Source: Octopus bimaculoides
Taxonomy: Eukaryota
DNA length: 64,000 nt
NCBI RefSeq assembly: GCF_001194135.2
Contig: NC_068994.1
Location: 47,375,369-47,439,368, forward strand
Reading direction: 5' to 3'
Positions 12,321 to 25,891 of this stretch are shown piece after piece; within the stretch, counting starts at the first letter, position 1, and the number at the start of each line of letters is the position of its first letter. The position numbers and the translations under genes were made by a program. The notes beneath the pieces are model-generated. The model ran no database searches, was not told where the DNA came from, and was given only the letters and a program-made list of their open reading frames with translations.

Positions 12321-12631
12321 CTTTACTGTGTGGACTGGATGAGGATTTTTTTTTTTTTTTTGCTAGTCAGCCTGGTGGGATGAACATTAAGTTGTATAAT
12401 AGGGCCCACACATTGCAAAAGGGACTGTAAATAGTCCAACACCTTAGCTTTATGTTGTTCCTCATACTTAAATGTGTCAGAAAAAAAATAAAACCATTCT
12501 CTATCAAAAGAATGTGCCAAATCATTTGTATATTAGACTGAACTCAGAGAATATGGAGAAAGGTAAAATAACTCTGTTTGTTGCTTTACCATCTGTAGTT
12601 GTAGAAGTAACAACTGCAATAGCAATGGAAG

Positions 12632-12634
12632 TAA

Positions 12635-12713
<79 letters not shown>

Positions 12714-12720
12714 GGTGGTG
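12632..12720. repeat. (GTA)n/(GTG)n microsatellite
   Basis: Directly visible; accounts for the poly-V and poly-L ORFs. Confidence 0.95.
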
Positions 12721-13018
12721 CCAGCATCAGTGGAAATTATAGTAGTAGGTGTTGTTGTTATAGGGTTAATTAAGTATACTGTAGTTATGTAAATTTTTAT
12801 TAGTTTGCAGTGAACCTTGTAATATTCATACTTGTACTTTTAGTTCATTTTTCCACCACATATTTACACATACACACACACACACACACACGCGTGCGCA
12901 CACACACACAAACATCCACATAGACATTCATATATGTACACATGCATATGTATCCACACAGGCAGCTATTCAAATTCATCCCTACACATACCCTATGCAT
13001 ATGCATACATAAGCATAC

Positions 13019-13051
<33 letters not shown>

Positions 13052-13143
13052 TGTACGTATGTATGTATGTGTATTTTTTGGTAGTTTTTTTACTTATTTA
13101 GTCCCTCGATAGCGTGAGGCATTAATACACAGTTAATGCCCTT

Positions 13144-13179
<36 letters not shown>

Positions 13180-14619
13180 GCTAAACTACACGTGCAAAAT
13201 TATCCTCAAACACATATGCATAAAAGAGGGGAAGTGACGATGGTGAGTTGTGAAGCTGATGATGATGATGATGAAAATTAGTGGAGGGTTGAAGCTGAGC
13301 AATGGAGGCATTGATGGTGATGATGATTATAATAAGCGGTGGAATTACTGTGCATGATGTTAGGGTTGACAGATTATGACATTAGAATGAAGAGTTACCT
13401 CTGACTAATGAAAAGAACAAATATTCTAGCAGAACAATGTGGTCTGTGAAATACATCACTAGAAACTAAATGATTGATTCCAGAGGAATGGACAATAAAA
13501 CTGCACTTGGCATGGCTTTAACTGAAGTTAACAATGCATTAGTAGTACTTGTTTTATTGACCCCTTGGTGGGATGAAGATCAAAGTTGACTCAAATAGGA
13601 TTGAACTCAAAGCATAAATAAAAAAAAGGATCAAAGTTCCTTCCTAAACCATAGTCACATAAGACCAGTTTACTGGGTTCTGTTGCATATATATATATAT
13701 ATATATATATACAAACTACTGGTCAAGATACTGGCCCGTCGCAGGATTATTCAGCTTTGCCCTTGTGTTTAATTGGTGCTTTATTCTATCAACTCCAAAA
13801 GGATGAAAGCCAAAGCTGACCCTGGTGGCATTTGAACTCAGAACATGACTAAATACCACAAGGCTCAAATGATTCTACTGAACTGTTATGAAAGAGTACA
13901 GGGTTATTACTGGTACTGATTTTTAATTAAACCAGAGATACTAAAGATAAAGTGAACCCTTGCAGGCTTTGAACATGTGAGATAGAGGTATGAAAATTGT
14001 CATTCCACTGCTGATGCTACATTAGCACAATGCACAAATTTCTAAGAATAGAGTGAAGTCGATTGAATTGGTCCTAGTAGGCCACTGGTATTTATTTTAG
14101 TGACCTCTGGAAGGATGAAAGTAAAAAAGAAAAGTGGGGCTTGAATTTAGAGCTTAGGGGTTGGAAGGTAAATAATTAAAAAGCTATTACTCTAGCACTG
14201 TGTTATGTCTGGTATTTCATAATTTAATATTTTCATTTCATGTAGAGAGAGGAAAATAGAATTGGGTGACATTCGTGCATTTCTCAAGTAACAAACAAAC
14301 AGAAGTAACCTTTGATTGAGAACTGAAAGTGGAAGTGAAAGTGAAGTGAGTGGTACAAGATTTTATTTACTTTTTAAAGTCATCTCTACAGATTTTCTAT
14401 TGGAACTAGAGCCAACACTGAAAGTTATGATACTTATATATGAATATGTCTATGTAAACAATGCAGTCAAAAAGGTAATGGGTGTATATACATATTTCAG
14501 GAGTTATTGCTCTTTCTTACCCAAGCACTGTAGGCAACCATGAATACGTTGCTTAAATAGCCACCATAATGCTATTTGTTGAATAGCATTGAAGGAGACA
14601 TCAGTTTAGCATTGTCGTA

Positions 14620-14768
14620 CCTTCAACACTACAACTACAACAATTATCATGACTACCACCACCACCAATACAACCACTTCAGCTATTGCTGTCGGTGTAA
14701 TGACTATCATCATTGCAACCATCTCAGTAAATACAGTAACCACCACTAATGCAATCACTGTCAAGACT

Positions 14769-14799
<31 letters not shown>

Positions 14800-17270
14800 T
14801 CAGACAACCACCATCACTACTACAACCATCAGAGCCAATGTAACACCAGGCACCACCACAATAACCACCACTGTCAGAATAATCCTCGCTGGTACTATAA
14901 TGCCATCACCATCAAAACCAACTGTTATCACCATTGCAACTACAGCCATTACCACAACAACCACCACAACTAGAGCTATTACTGCCAATACAACAACCAC
15001 TATTAGAACCATCATCACCACAACCACTATTGTCACCATCAATACAAGTACTATAGGATACAGGCTTCCTTTGGTCATGAATGAGCATGAAGTTGCATCT
15101 AGAAGGTTCTTCTCCAGTCCAGGCAAGGTTTTTTTCATGGAAGACCAGCAGTTGGCCATGCATACCAGTCTCTCCTCTCCACACCACCGATGTTGTTCAA
15201 GGGAAAGGCAAAAACCGATACAGCTTGGCACCAGTGACGTCACAACTCATTTTTACAGCTGAGTGAAGTGAAACAATGTGGAATAAAGTGTCTTGCTCGA
15301 GAACACACAACACCCAGCCTGGTTTGGGAATTCAACTCACTACCTCATGATTGTGAGCCCGATGGTTCTAACCACTGAGCCATGTGCCTTCACAAGTACC
15401 ATAACACAACAAACATAAATATAACCACCACCACCACCACTACCACTAACAGTAGCATCATCATCATCATCACCATCTCCACCGCCACTGCCAGCGAAGC
15501 ATCATAGCCAGAAATATCAGTGTCTTCCAGTCATTTTCATCCTTTGTTATCTCTCTTCAGCATCAATTGTCAAGTAACTTGGAAGTTATGTTATAGTGGG
15601 GGAAACATGCAGATAACAGCATGTGTGGTGGTGGTGGGGGGGCGATGAAGAAGTTTATTAATGATAGTGGTGGTGGTGGTGGTGGTAGTTGTTGGTGGTG
15701 GAGGGGTAACATGTAATTGTTTGTGGGTGTAAGGTGTCAGTTATTCTCTTCCTTGAATGTTCATTGCATAGAATGAGTCAGAAGTGTGATGTGGTGGTGG
15801 TGGTGGTNNNNNNNNNNNNNNNNNNNNNNNNNNNNNNNNNNNNNNNNNNNNNNNNNNNNNNNNNNNNNNNNNNNNNNNNNNNNNNNNNNNNNNNNNNNNN
15901 NNNNNNNNNNNNNNNNNNNNNNNNNNNNNNNNNNNNNNNNNNNNNNNNNNNNNNNNNNNNNNNNNNNNNNNNNNNNNNNNNNNNNNNNNNNNNNNNNNNN
16001 NNNNNNNNNNNNNNNNNNNNNNNNNNNNNNNNNNNNNNNNNNNNNNNNNNNNNNNNNNNNNNNNNNNNNNNNNNNNNNNNNNNNNNNNNNNNNNNNNNNN
16101 NNNNNNNNNNNNNNNNNNNNNNNNNNNNNNNNNNNNNNNNNNNNNNNNNNNNNNNNNNNNNNNNNNNNNNNNNNNNNNNNNNNNNNNNNNNNNNNNNNNN
16201 NNNNNNNNNNNNNNNNNNNNNNNNNNNNNNNNNNNNNNNNNNNNNNNNNNNNNNNNNNNNNNNNNNNNNNNNNNNNNNNNNAATGGTGGTGGCGTTTATG
16301 GTGCTGCTGCTGATGTTTGTGGTGATGGAGTTTGCAGTGGTGGTGGTGGTGGTGGTGGTTGGTGTTTGTGTTGTTTGTGGTTCTATTGGTGATGGTGGTA
16401 TTTGAAATAATAATTGTGGTTGTAATTGTTGTGGTGGTGATGACCACAATTATTGTTGTGGTGTTAGTGCTGGTAGTGGTGGTTGTGATGGTGTGATGCT
16501 GGTGAAGCATTTGTAGTTGTGGTGCTGATGTTTTATGGTGATGGTGTCCAGTTCGGATTCTTATGATGCTGGTAGGGATAGTAAAGGTGGTATGTTTGTC
16601 GTACTGTTGCTGTGGTGGTAGCTGTGATGGTGATGGTTGTTGCAGTATTGGCAATGGCTGTGGCATTAATGGTTGTGGTTGCGGAATGTTATTCGATTGT
16701 AATGTTTGTTTGTGTACACAAACAGTCGATCTGGAGGGAGGAGATTGTTGCTGTTTTGTGATATCGTCCCACCATCACCACCACCACCCCTTCCTCCTCC
16801 TCCTCCTCCTCCTCCTACTACTACTACTACTACTGCTACTGCTACTGCTCCTCCACCACTACCTCCTCCTCCTCCTCCTCCTACTACTACTACTACACTG
16901 CTACTACTACCACTACCACTGCCCCTCCACCACTATCTCCTCCACCANNNNNNNNNNNNNNNNNNNNNNNNNNNNNNNNNNNNNNNNNNNNNNNNNNNNN
17001 NNNNNNNNNNNNNNNNNNNNNNNNNNNNNNNNNNNNNNNNNNNNNNNNNNNNNNNNNNNNNNNNNNNNNNNNNNNNNNNNNNNNNNNNNNNNCACCACTA
17101 CTACTACTACTACTGCCATAACATCAACACTGATATCATTATCATCATCACCATTACCATCAACTTTATTATTAAACTGGTCCATTACTGTCATTTGGAT
17201 TAAGGTGGTAGAGGTGGGGGGAAGATGTATGCTCACCATTGCCATTGTCACTTCCACCATTATCACCACC
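14620..17270. repeat. Degenerate trinucleotide (ACC/AAC/GGT/CCT/ACT) low-complexity block with two N-gaps
   Basis: Directly visible; interrupted by SINE C at 15056-15393. Confidence 0.85.
15056..15393 (-). mobile_element. SINE family C (tRNA head plus CORE-like segment)
   Basis: Minus head GTGAAGGCACATGGCTCAGTGGTTAG...GAGTTGAATTCCC; CTCGAGCAAGACACTTTATT; TSD AAGTAC(T/C)ATA at 15046-15055 and 15394-15403. Confidence 0.85.
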
Positions 17271-17473
17271 ACTTGAAATCCTTTGCATGGACACTCCACC
17301 CGATAAAAATAGCAACCAAATATCCTTCAGTTCACACCTTATCTTTACTGCATATAAAAAAGAAAAAAAAGGTGGTATGGTCTTGGCTGGAATGCCTCTA
17401 ATTATAAATCAGCTCAGTCAGAACTGACCTGATGCTAAACAACAATATCAACAACAACAACAACATCAAAATA

Positions 17474-17645
17474 ACCAGCTGAGAGCAGTTTAAATAGAAA
17501 CCACATGCCAGAAACAGAGTACCGAACAACCAGCTGAGAGCAGGGTGTATAGAAGCCATATGGTTGAAACAGGGTACCAGACAATCAGCTGAACTCACCA
17601 TTGTTTCCATAAACAGGGTACCAGACAATTAGCCAGGAGCAGTAA
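17474..17645. repeat. Degenerate 55-bp minisatellite (about 3.3 units)
   Basis: A(C/T)CAGCTGA...AAACAG(A/G)GTACC recurs at 17474, 17529 and 17584, with a shorter unit at 17628. Confidence 0.75.
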
Positions 17646-18020
17646 ATAAGTACCATGTGACTGAAACAACTTACTGCTGTTGCTAGTGACTATATTATAA
17701 AACTGATGAGTTTTCCATTGTTGTTGTTATGGGCCCCATATCAGTTCTCATTTCAGTTATGATCATTCCATTCTTTTTCAGACTGTATTATACAATGCAG
17801 TTTTTTTTTCCCCCCTTGAAAAATGATAGCATTGATTTGAATTTAGATCCAGCTGCTATTTCTGGCTGATATATTACTCTGCAAGCTCAAAAAAGGTGAT
17901 AGACATGAGTCAGCTCTAGTTAAAAAGAAAAAAAAAAAAAAATGTGGCAGTATCATGTCACAGAAAGGAGTGCTTCTTTGCCTGAGGAATTTACCTAAGA
18001 AAGGGCAAGAGGAAAATGGC

Positions 18021-18051
<31 letters not shown>

Positions 18052-18400
18052 TGATGAAAACTCTCAGCTTATTCTGCTGGGNNNNNNNNNNNNNNNNNNN
18101 NTGATGGAAAGTGTCAGCTGTCCACTGCCAGCAGACTAAGGTGACACTTGTTTTACTGGCCATGCTTCAAGAACCCTGCAAAGAATTATTGCAGTTCCAA
18201 GCAACGCTGATGTTTGTAGGTGTTCTATCCTTACATTTGTACCAATCTTTTTGAGCCACGCTGGTAGTTGTGTGCTGATACTTCCAAATGTGCCAGTTAC
18301 TATTGGTATCATGTCTATTCTCCTCATTGACTTCAACCTTCATATTTCCCACTTCAAATTATTGTAATTGTTCAGTTTTTCTTCTTCTTTCTCTTTGATG
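18052..18400 (-). mobile_element. 5'-truncated Dong/R4-like RLE non-LTR retrotransposon flanked by (AAT)n
   Basis: Minus frame KEKEEEKLNNYNNLKWEI*RLKSMRRIDMIPIVTGTFGSI...LQTSALLGTAIILCRVLEA fits the R4-clade EK..KY / PIV.G.LG / LQKSALLGTARILR pattern. (AAT)n tracts lie at about 18022-18051 and 18414-18455. Confidence 0.85.
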
Positions 18401-18790
18401 TTGTTGTTGTTGTCATTATTATTATTATTATTATTATAATTATTATTGTTATTATTCCTTTCATTTCAGGTATGGTCAAATGAATTTCATTCTTCTATTT
18501 GGTGAGAAAACTACACCCTACACTTTTCTTATACCTATTACTCAGTCTTTTCGGTGTAAAAATAGCAACATATTGAGAAAAGAAAACAAAAAAAAAAAAA
18601 GAATGATAAATGTATTGAATATCTATGTGTCTGCATAATTATGTGTATCTGTACTAATGAGATGAACTGTTTAGACCAATGGTTCCTAAACAGTTTTAGT
18701 GATGATGCATTTTAAATCAAATAAGAATATTTCAATACACATTGTACATGAAGTCAAAAAATGAATTCTGGTAGGGTATTTATATATTTT

Positions 18791-19070
18791 GTGAAGGCAC
18801 ATGGCCTAGTGGTTAGAATGTTGCACTCATGATTGCTAGATTGTGGGTTCGATTCCCAGACTGAGTGGTGCATTGTGTTCTTGAGCAAAACACTTCATTT
18901 CAGTCCACACAGCTGCGATGGAATAGTTTTCCAATCAGGGGGAATGTTTGTCTGCTAGCCTACCCAGTGAGGTGGTATCAATCAAAGGCTAAAACAATGT
19001 GAAGCGCATTATGACTAGTGATGTATAACAATATCTGATAACAACATCTGGTCAGTACCATGATAGCATG
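18791..19070 (+). mobile_element. SINE family C2
   Basis: tRNA-like head GTGAAGGCACATGGCCTAGTGGTTAG...GGGTTCGATTCCC; colinear with 54936-55220; possible TSD ATTTATATAT. Confidence 0.8.
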
Positions 19071-19502
19071 ATTTATATATATGTTCGGTTCATTATTTTG
19101 TTTTCATACAGACTTTTCCATGCTGGCATTGGTTGAGCTGGACATTTTTGAATGCCCTTTCTGATGCCAAAAATTTTAGTCACCCTCTTACATCACACAA
19201 GGAAATGATGAACAAATTCTAAGCACCAGCGTATTTATAGAAAACTAAATGATTTAGATAAAAGAAAATTATTAAGTACTTAATTAATTAATTATTCAAT
19301 AAATGAATCATAATTGTCATAATTATCAAAACTTCAATATGTAAGAATTTCAATTTGTTTTTCCCATTTTAAAATATATGTAGTTTTTATTGTTTTTGTG
19401 GTGCAGCGCTTGGAAACCATTGTGTTTGGGAATGTGATAAACACTTTTTTATGGTTGACAGGCATTCTACTTATTCAAAGCAAATCTGCATTAATAAAAT
19501 CT

Positions 19503-19540
<38 letters not shown>

Positions 19541-19965
19541 NNNNNNNNNNNNNNNNNNNNNNNNNNNNNNNNNNNNNNNNNNNNNNNNNNNNNNNNNNNN
19601 NNNNNNNNNNNNNNNNNNNNNNNNNNNNNNNNNNNNNNNNNNNNNNNNNNNNNNNNNNNNNNNNNNNNNNNNNNNNNNNNNNNNNNNNNNNNNNNNNNNN
19701 NNNNNNNNNNNNNNNNNNNNNNNNNNNNNNNNNNNNNNNNNNNNNNNNNNNNNNNNNNNNNNNNNNNNNNNNNNNNNNNNNNNNNNNNNNNNNNNNNNNN
19801 NNNNNNNNNNNNNNNNNNNNNNNNNNNNNNNNNNNNNNNNNNNNNNNNNNNNNNNNNNNNNNNNNNNNNNNNNNNNNNNNNNNNNNNNNNNNNNNNNNNN
19901 NNNNNNNNNNNNNNNNNNNNNNNNNNNNNNNNNNNNNNNNNNNNNNNNNNNNNNNNNNNNNNNNN

Positions 19966-20008
<43 letters not shown>

Positions 20009-20938
20009 ACCAACATTTGTCAAATATGGTTTCAGACATTAACAACTTTATATACTTAGAATATCATCAGATGGTAATTAAAATTTTAGAAAAAAAAAAG
20101 AAAGAAAAAAGGTTTTTCCAACATTGCCATGATGATCATGATGATCATCATCATCATCTGCAGTCACTATAATCCTCATCATCAAACTCATCACCATCAT
20201 CATTATCAATGTCATCATTATCAACAACATTATCATTATCAGCACCATTATCATTAATCATAATTGAGCTTGTAAGGGAACCTCTACTTGGTCATTTAGT
20301 CTTTTAGGAATAGCATCGAAATTTCACTCAAATAATACCTTACCATCTTAAATAAAGAAAGTGCACATTGGGTAATGTAGTCTTACATAGCCCCCTAAAA
20401 GTATGAGATGGTTATGGCTTGACTATTTGATCAGAGCAGACCTTAGGCTAAATTACATATAACAAACACTGTCTTAACCATCATCATCATCGCTTTCCAA
20501 GTTGTTTTTTCTGCTGCAGTATTCGAATGGATTCCATCTGTCTCAGATATTCAGATACATCCTGTGTTCTCTTGTGTTAATATTCTTCATCTGCTCAATT
20601 TATGGAAGAAGTGTTATGCCAAATGTGTTTTGGGCCCAGTTGTAATTTTTGTTATTGTCTAACCCCTAGATCACCCCTGATCAGGAGACTAATGTGGAAA
20701 ATCATTCCAGCTGTGATTTTCCAGTTTCTTATTTGGTTCATCACACATAGTGTATATCGGATCATATTATTCAGTATCCTTCCTCTTTTTTTTAAAAATG
20801 GTCTAACATTCTGGGTTCAGTCTTACTATGTGGCACCTAGGACAAGTGATTTGTTTTGTTTTTTACTAAAGTCCCAGACCAGCCAAAGCTTTATAAGTTA
20901 ATTTGGTAGAGGAAAAGTGAAAGAAGGTGTATGTATAT

Positions 20939-20992
<54 letters not shown>

Positions 20993-20999
20993 CATCATC

Positions 21000-21184
21000 A
21001 TCATCATCATCATTTAACGTCTGTTTTCCATGCTGGCATGGGTTGGACGGTTTGACTGAAAACTGGTAAGCTGGGGAGCTGCGCCAGGTTTCAATCTTAT
21101 TTGTCACCATTTCTACAGCTTGATGCCCTTCCTAACGCCAACCACTCCGAGAGTTTAGTGGGTGCTTTTTATGTTCCACCAGCA
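21000..21184 (-). mobile_element. Family E retroposon 3' end
   Basis: (CAT)n followed by TTTAACGTCTGTTTTCCATGCTGGCATGGGTTGGACGG...GATGCCCTTCCTAACGCCAACCAC. Confidence 0.85.
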
Positions 21185-22585
21185 CACACACACACACACA
21201 CACCCAAGTGCTTAAAAATAAGCACTTAGGTGCTAAAACTTATCAAGTTGTTGCCCCAGCTTGGCCACAGTCTAATGACTGAAGCAAGTAAAGATGAGTA
21301 AACGAATAAAAGAATCATCATCATTATCATAACACTTCTTTCTAATTATGGCACAAGGCCAGTAATTTTGAGGAGAGGGTGTGAGCTAATTATTGTAACA
21401 AGAATTTAGTACGTCTTAATATTGAAGGTTAATAAGGATTATTCAAGGTTAATGTAAATGTTCAAGATGAACAAGAAGGTTCCCTGAAAGATATGCATGG
21501 AAGTATTTAGGGTTAACAAGGTCGTATTGGGTTAACATGGATGTTGAGAGTTAACAAGGATGTTTAAGATTAGCAAAGAATTTTAATGGGAAACATGTAG
21601 AGCAGTATTCTGAGATCAAATTACAATAAGGTTGATTTTACCTTTCATCCTTTCAGGGTCAGTAAAATAAAGCAACCGGGGTTGATGGTGTCGATTAATG
21701 CTCACTCCCTAAAAATTCCTGGCTTTGTGCCTAAATCAAAGATTATCGTTGTTGTTATTATTGATGACGACGATGGTGATGATGAATATCATCATCATCA
21801 TTGTGATGATGATATCTGTAGCAATATGGAAAAAAAAACCGGAAAGCAAATGAAAATCAGAAAAATACATGGTTTGAAAAATATGAAAGTAAACATAACA
21901 CAGTAGTTAAGATTGTGGAGATATATTTTTTCAGTGAGAATAACTCAGCAGCGTTAGTGCAACTTCAGAATCTGTATACTGTAGGGGATTCCTTAAAAAA
22001 ACATCCAAAGGGTTGTTTGTTCCAAAATCAAATTTGCTGTTATATGAGAATGCACAAAAACATCTTGGCAGAAGTCTTGAATAATATAATTTTTTTTTTT
22101 TTTTGCCACTGCTTTTATTTTGATAGAATTGAATTAGTGACAAGGCAGAGCTGTGGATTATTGGTAACTTAAGGTTTTTTTTGTTTTGTTTTTATTCTTG
22201 TTGATAGAATTATCACTTCTTGCACAGTTGTTGTTGTTGTTTGGCCCCTGGGTGGCTCTGCTTGATTATACCTATGATCAAGAACATTTCATTCCTGATC
22301 ATCTTGTCTTTTTTTTTTTTATGTCAGGAAGTTCATTATTCCAGTGTGCCCTTAGTTTTAAAAGATAGAAACATTGTAACGAAAGGGAAAATAGGCTGCT
22401 ATTTCTAGAAGTCTGTGTTACTACACAGTGTCTTTATTTGCTGTCTTAGATCTTGCATGGTATATTATTGTATTATTGGCACATATTTCATCAAGACACC
22501 ACAGTTTCTAAAACAAAAGATCAAACATTATGATAAAGTAAACTTAGTGCTTTATGAAATCTATTTACATTGTAATATAAAGTAA

Positions 22586-22720
22586 GTTTTAAGGTCGACT
22601 TTGCCTTTCATCCTTTCAGGGTTGATAAATTAAATACCAGTTGCATACTGGAGATCAATCTAATTGACTGACCCCTTCCCCAAAAATTTCGGGCCTTGTC
22701 TCTAGAATAGAAAAGAATAT
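22586..22720 (+). mobile_element. SINE D, 5'-truncated
   Basis: Begins at AAGGTCGACTTTGCCTTTCATCC. Confidence 0.85.
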
Positions 22721-22959
22721 TTAGTAAGTTTATAGTAGCTATAATATATAATAGTGTCAAAATCCCAGGGAGCCCATCTATGCAGTGCAGTTTTAATTCC
22801 CAAGTTCTTTATATTTTTCTTTCATTGAGACAGTTGACTGACCCCTTTCACTCAAAATGTTGATGTCACATTTTTTGAAATATGGAAGAAGAGTATTCGA
22901 AGACAGGGTACTCAGCAATCATCATAATGTTTTTTGTTCTTTTTTATGTTTACTTTTAC

Positions 22960-23155
22960 ATGGTCACATATTAAGGTAGATTTACCAATTTTCTATGGCC
23001 AGATGCTCTTCCTGCTGCCAACCCTCACCTGATTCCAAATAAGGTAATATTCTCCCATGACAAGACATGTTTTTATTGAAGACTGGAAATGAAGAAGATT
23101 ACTTGCCTGACAATGACACTTGTTTACAATTATCATGCAAAGTCAAAGCAAGGAA
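22960..23155 (-). mobile_element. Family E2 fragment
   Basis: Reverse complement of the 45125-45350 block (GGCCAGATGCTCTTCCTG..CCAACCCTCACCTGATTCCAAATAAGGTAATATT). Confidence 0.75.
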
Positions 23156-24054
23156 ACAGTAACACACACACACATGCGTGCGTATGTATGTGCATGCGTG
23201 TGTGTATGTATGTACATTAGTATGTATGTATGTATGTGTGTATGTATGTATATGCACACATGGGTCTTCTTTTACTTTTCTGTCTACCAGAAGCATTCGC
23301 AAGAATTTGCTCAGTCAGGGCTATGATCCAAGGTGCCAGACAGTAGTATATAAATGGATTAGCAGTATGCCTTGAATGCACTCATCTATTTTGTCATTCA
23401 GTTTATAAGAGGTATGTAGTGGGTATTTAAAACAGTGTACTGGATGCTTCAACAGAATAAGTTTGAAAATAGTTTTGTAAAATATGCCATGTTAAAATAA
23501 CTGTGACGCAGTATTTCTGAGAAGTGTAGAAAATGTAAAATATTACATGTCTATATTAATAGTACAACCTGAATAAGCATATCCTTGGGGCCGCATTAGT
23601 TAGCAAGGGATCTTATGTATTGTCATTTGATCTGAACGTAGCTGCCAACAAACTCTCTTAAAAGTGATATCTACACAAGAGAGTGCAGTAAGTTCTATGT
23701 AGTTTCTTAATATATTCAATGTAGAAGTCAAATCACCCACAAGAGCTTCAATATAGTTTCTTAATATATCCAACATAGCAGTTAAGTCTCTTTTTAATAT
23801 TATTCTTACTTGTTTTAAAAATGGAAACAACATATAACTAGTGTTTAATTCAATATATTAGCCAAGTCTTGCTTATCAAACTTCCTGTTGTCTTGTGAAT
23901 AGGGAAAATTAAAACCAAAGAAGCAGCTACTATGCAGTTGTTTGACCAATTCAATATCACTTACAAACTTTCTTCGACTATGTATTCTACTTTCAAATAC
24001 CTATCAATTATCTTTGCTTCTCAGCCAAGGTCAATTAAATGTTGGTTTCAATGG

Positions 24055-24235
24055 TTTTGCTAAGGGTCAGCGATGTTGGGAGTAGGGATAAATTGATTAC
24101 ATCGACCCCAGTACTCAGCTGGTACTTATTTTATCGACCCCCAAAAGAATGAAAGGCAAAGTTGATTCTGGTGGCATTTGAACTCAGAATGTTAAGTTGG
24201 AAGAAATGCTGCTAAGCATTTTGCCCACTTGCCAC
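24055..24235 (-). mobile_element. SINE family D
   Basis: Reverse-complement D core GATTACATCGACCCCAGT...GAAAGGCAAAGTTGA. Confidence 0.85.
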
Positions 24236-24797
24236 GAATTAGACATTAAGAACTAGTAATGAACTGAAGTTAGTTGATTAGACAATCCTTCCTTAAAATT
24301 TTGGGTCATGTGTTAGATGTGGTCATCCCATCTTTATGTATACACACACACACTTAAAGATGGAGTGAGATTTGGAAAAGATTTTGCTGCTATTTCTAGT
24401 AGATTGAGCGGTCATGTACAGGTTCCCTTGTTGGCTTGTTTGTCATAGTCTTATGCAAATGTGAGAAATTGTTAGATAGAAACGAAGGAGAACAGACGAA
24501 TTGGTTGGATGTCTAGTTAAATGCCTAGTGTGTTAGTTATGAATCTCTACATCCTAAGTTCAAATAATACTGGGGTCGACTGGTGTCAACTGAATTGCCT
24601 ATGCCCTCGCCCTATACTCTTTTGAAGGGCAGTGTAGTAGTGTAGATAGAAGTGTAGAATTAATTGTCTTGCAGAATATAATCACGGCGCTTTACATTTT
24701 AAGTTGAAATCTTGAAAGGGTTGACTTTATCTTTCATCCCTTCAGGATAGCAATAGATGAAATGTCAGTCATCTACAAGGGTTTTTGAAAGAAGAGC

Positions 24798-24835
<38 letters not shown>

Positions 24836-25369
24836 TGGGGGTATTCAATATATTACTACTACTACTACTACAAATTTGTGTACTTGGGCAAACGCGAGAA
24901 ATCATGCTTACTCAGCAATGTTGAAGGGAGACAACTACTGTTGCCTTCGTCTACTCTGTGAAACGAATCAGGCGGATTTCTTTAAGCAGTCTTCTTGTGG
25001 TACACACGCAGCTTTACAAATTTTGTAAAGAGATTAAACGCATGAACTCCGCAACCTCCCGATTTCTTTCATCCCTGACTGAAATAATATATTGGAATTT
25101 GTCTTACTTATGTAAGAAATAATATTTTTCTCTATTTCTTTATTATTTGTATCAGTCTGTGAGATAAGATGTTCTAATTTTAGAACATTACTTTTTTTTT
25201 CTCTGTCTCTGATTTATAGTAACTCACCAATTCTTCAGCATGAGTTACTTCTCTTTACTTCAACCTTTTTTTTTTTTTATCATTTGGTACTGTATGGATA
25301 TGTGTATGTGTGTGTTTACAATATATAACATACTATCTACATATAAGGAGAAACCTATCACACACTCAA

Positions 25370-25403
<34 letters not shown>

Positions 25404-25446
25404 GAATTGATGAAGTGACAGAAGTAAAGAAGAATCAATCACATTT

Positions 25447-25580
25447 TGAAAGGTCTACTTTGCCTTTTATTCTTTCGGGGTCAATAAATTAAGTACCAAT
25501 GAAACATTGGGGTCAATGTAATCGACTAGTCCCCTCCCCCAAAATTTCAGGCCTTATGCATATAGTAGAAAGCACTATTG

Positions 25581-25641
<61 letters not shown>

Positions 25642-25852
25642 GGTGGCAAGCTGGCAGAATCGTTAGCACGCTAGATGAAATGCTAAGCTGTATTTTGCCC
25701 ATCACTACATTCTGAGTTCAAATTCCACCGAGGTTGACTTTACCTTTCATCCTTTCAGGGTCGAGAAAATGAGTACCAGTTGAACACTGGGTTCAATGTA
25801 ATCGATTCATCCCCTCCCCCAAAACTGCTGCCCCTGTGACAAAATTTGAAAC

Positions 25853-25855
<3 letters not shown>
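25447..25855 (+). mobile_element. Two tandem SINE D copies separated and followed by (ATT)n
   Basis: Partial copy 25447-25575; full copy 25640-25855; (ATT)n at 25577-25640 and 25855-25925. Confidence 0.88.

Positions 25856-25891
<36 letters not shown>

Noticed and set aside
13118-13140. Small hairpin GGCATTAA-TACACAG-TTAATGCC
   Set aside because: 8-bp arms are expected by chance in 64 kb of AT-rich DNA.
14389-14473. Plus-strand exon FLLELEPTLKVMILIYEYVYVNNAVKK
   Set aside because: Plausible sites, but no recognisable homology or phase link to other candidates.
20520-20800. Possible decayed LINE on the minus strand
   Set aside because: Only vague similarity to RTE C-termini, with many stops and no diagnostic motif.
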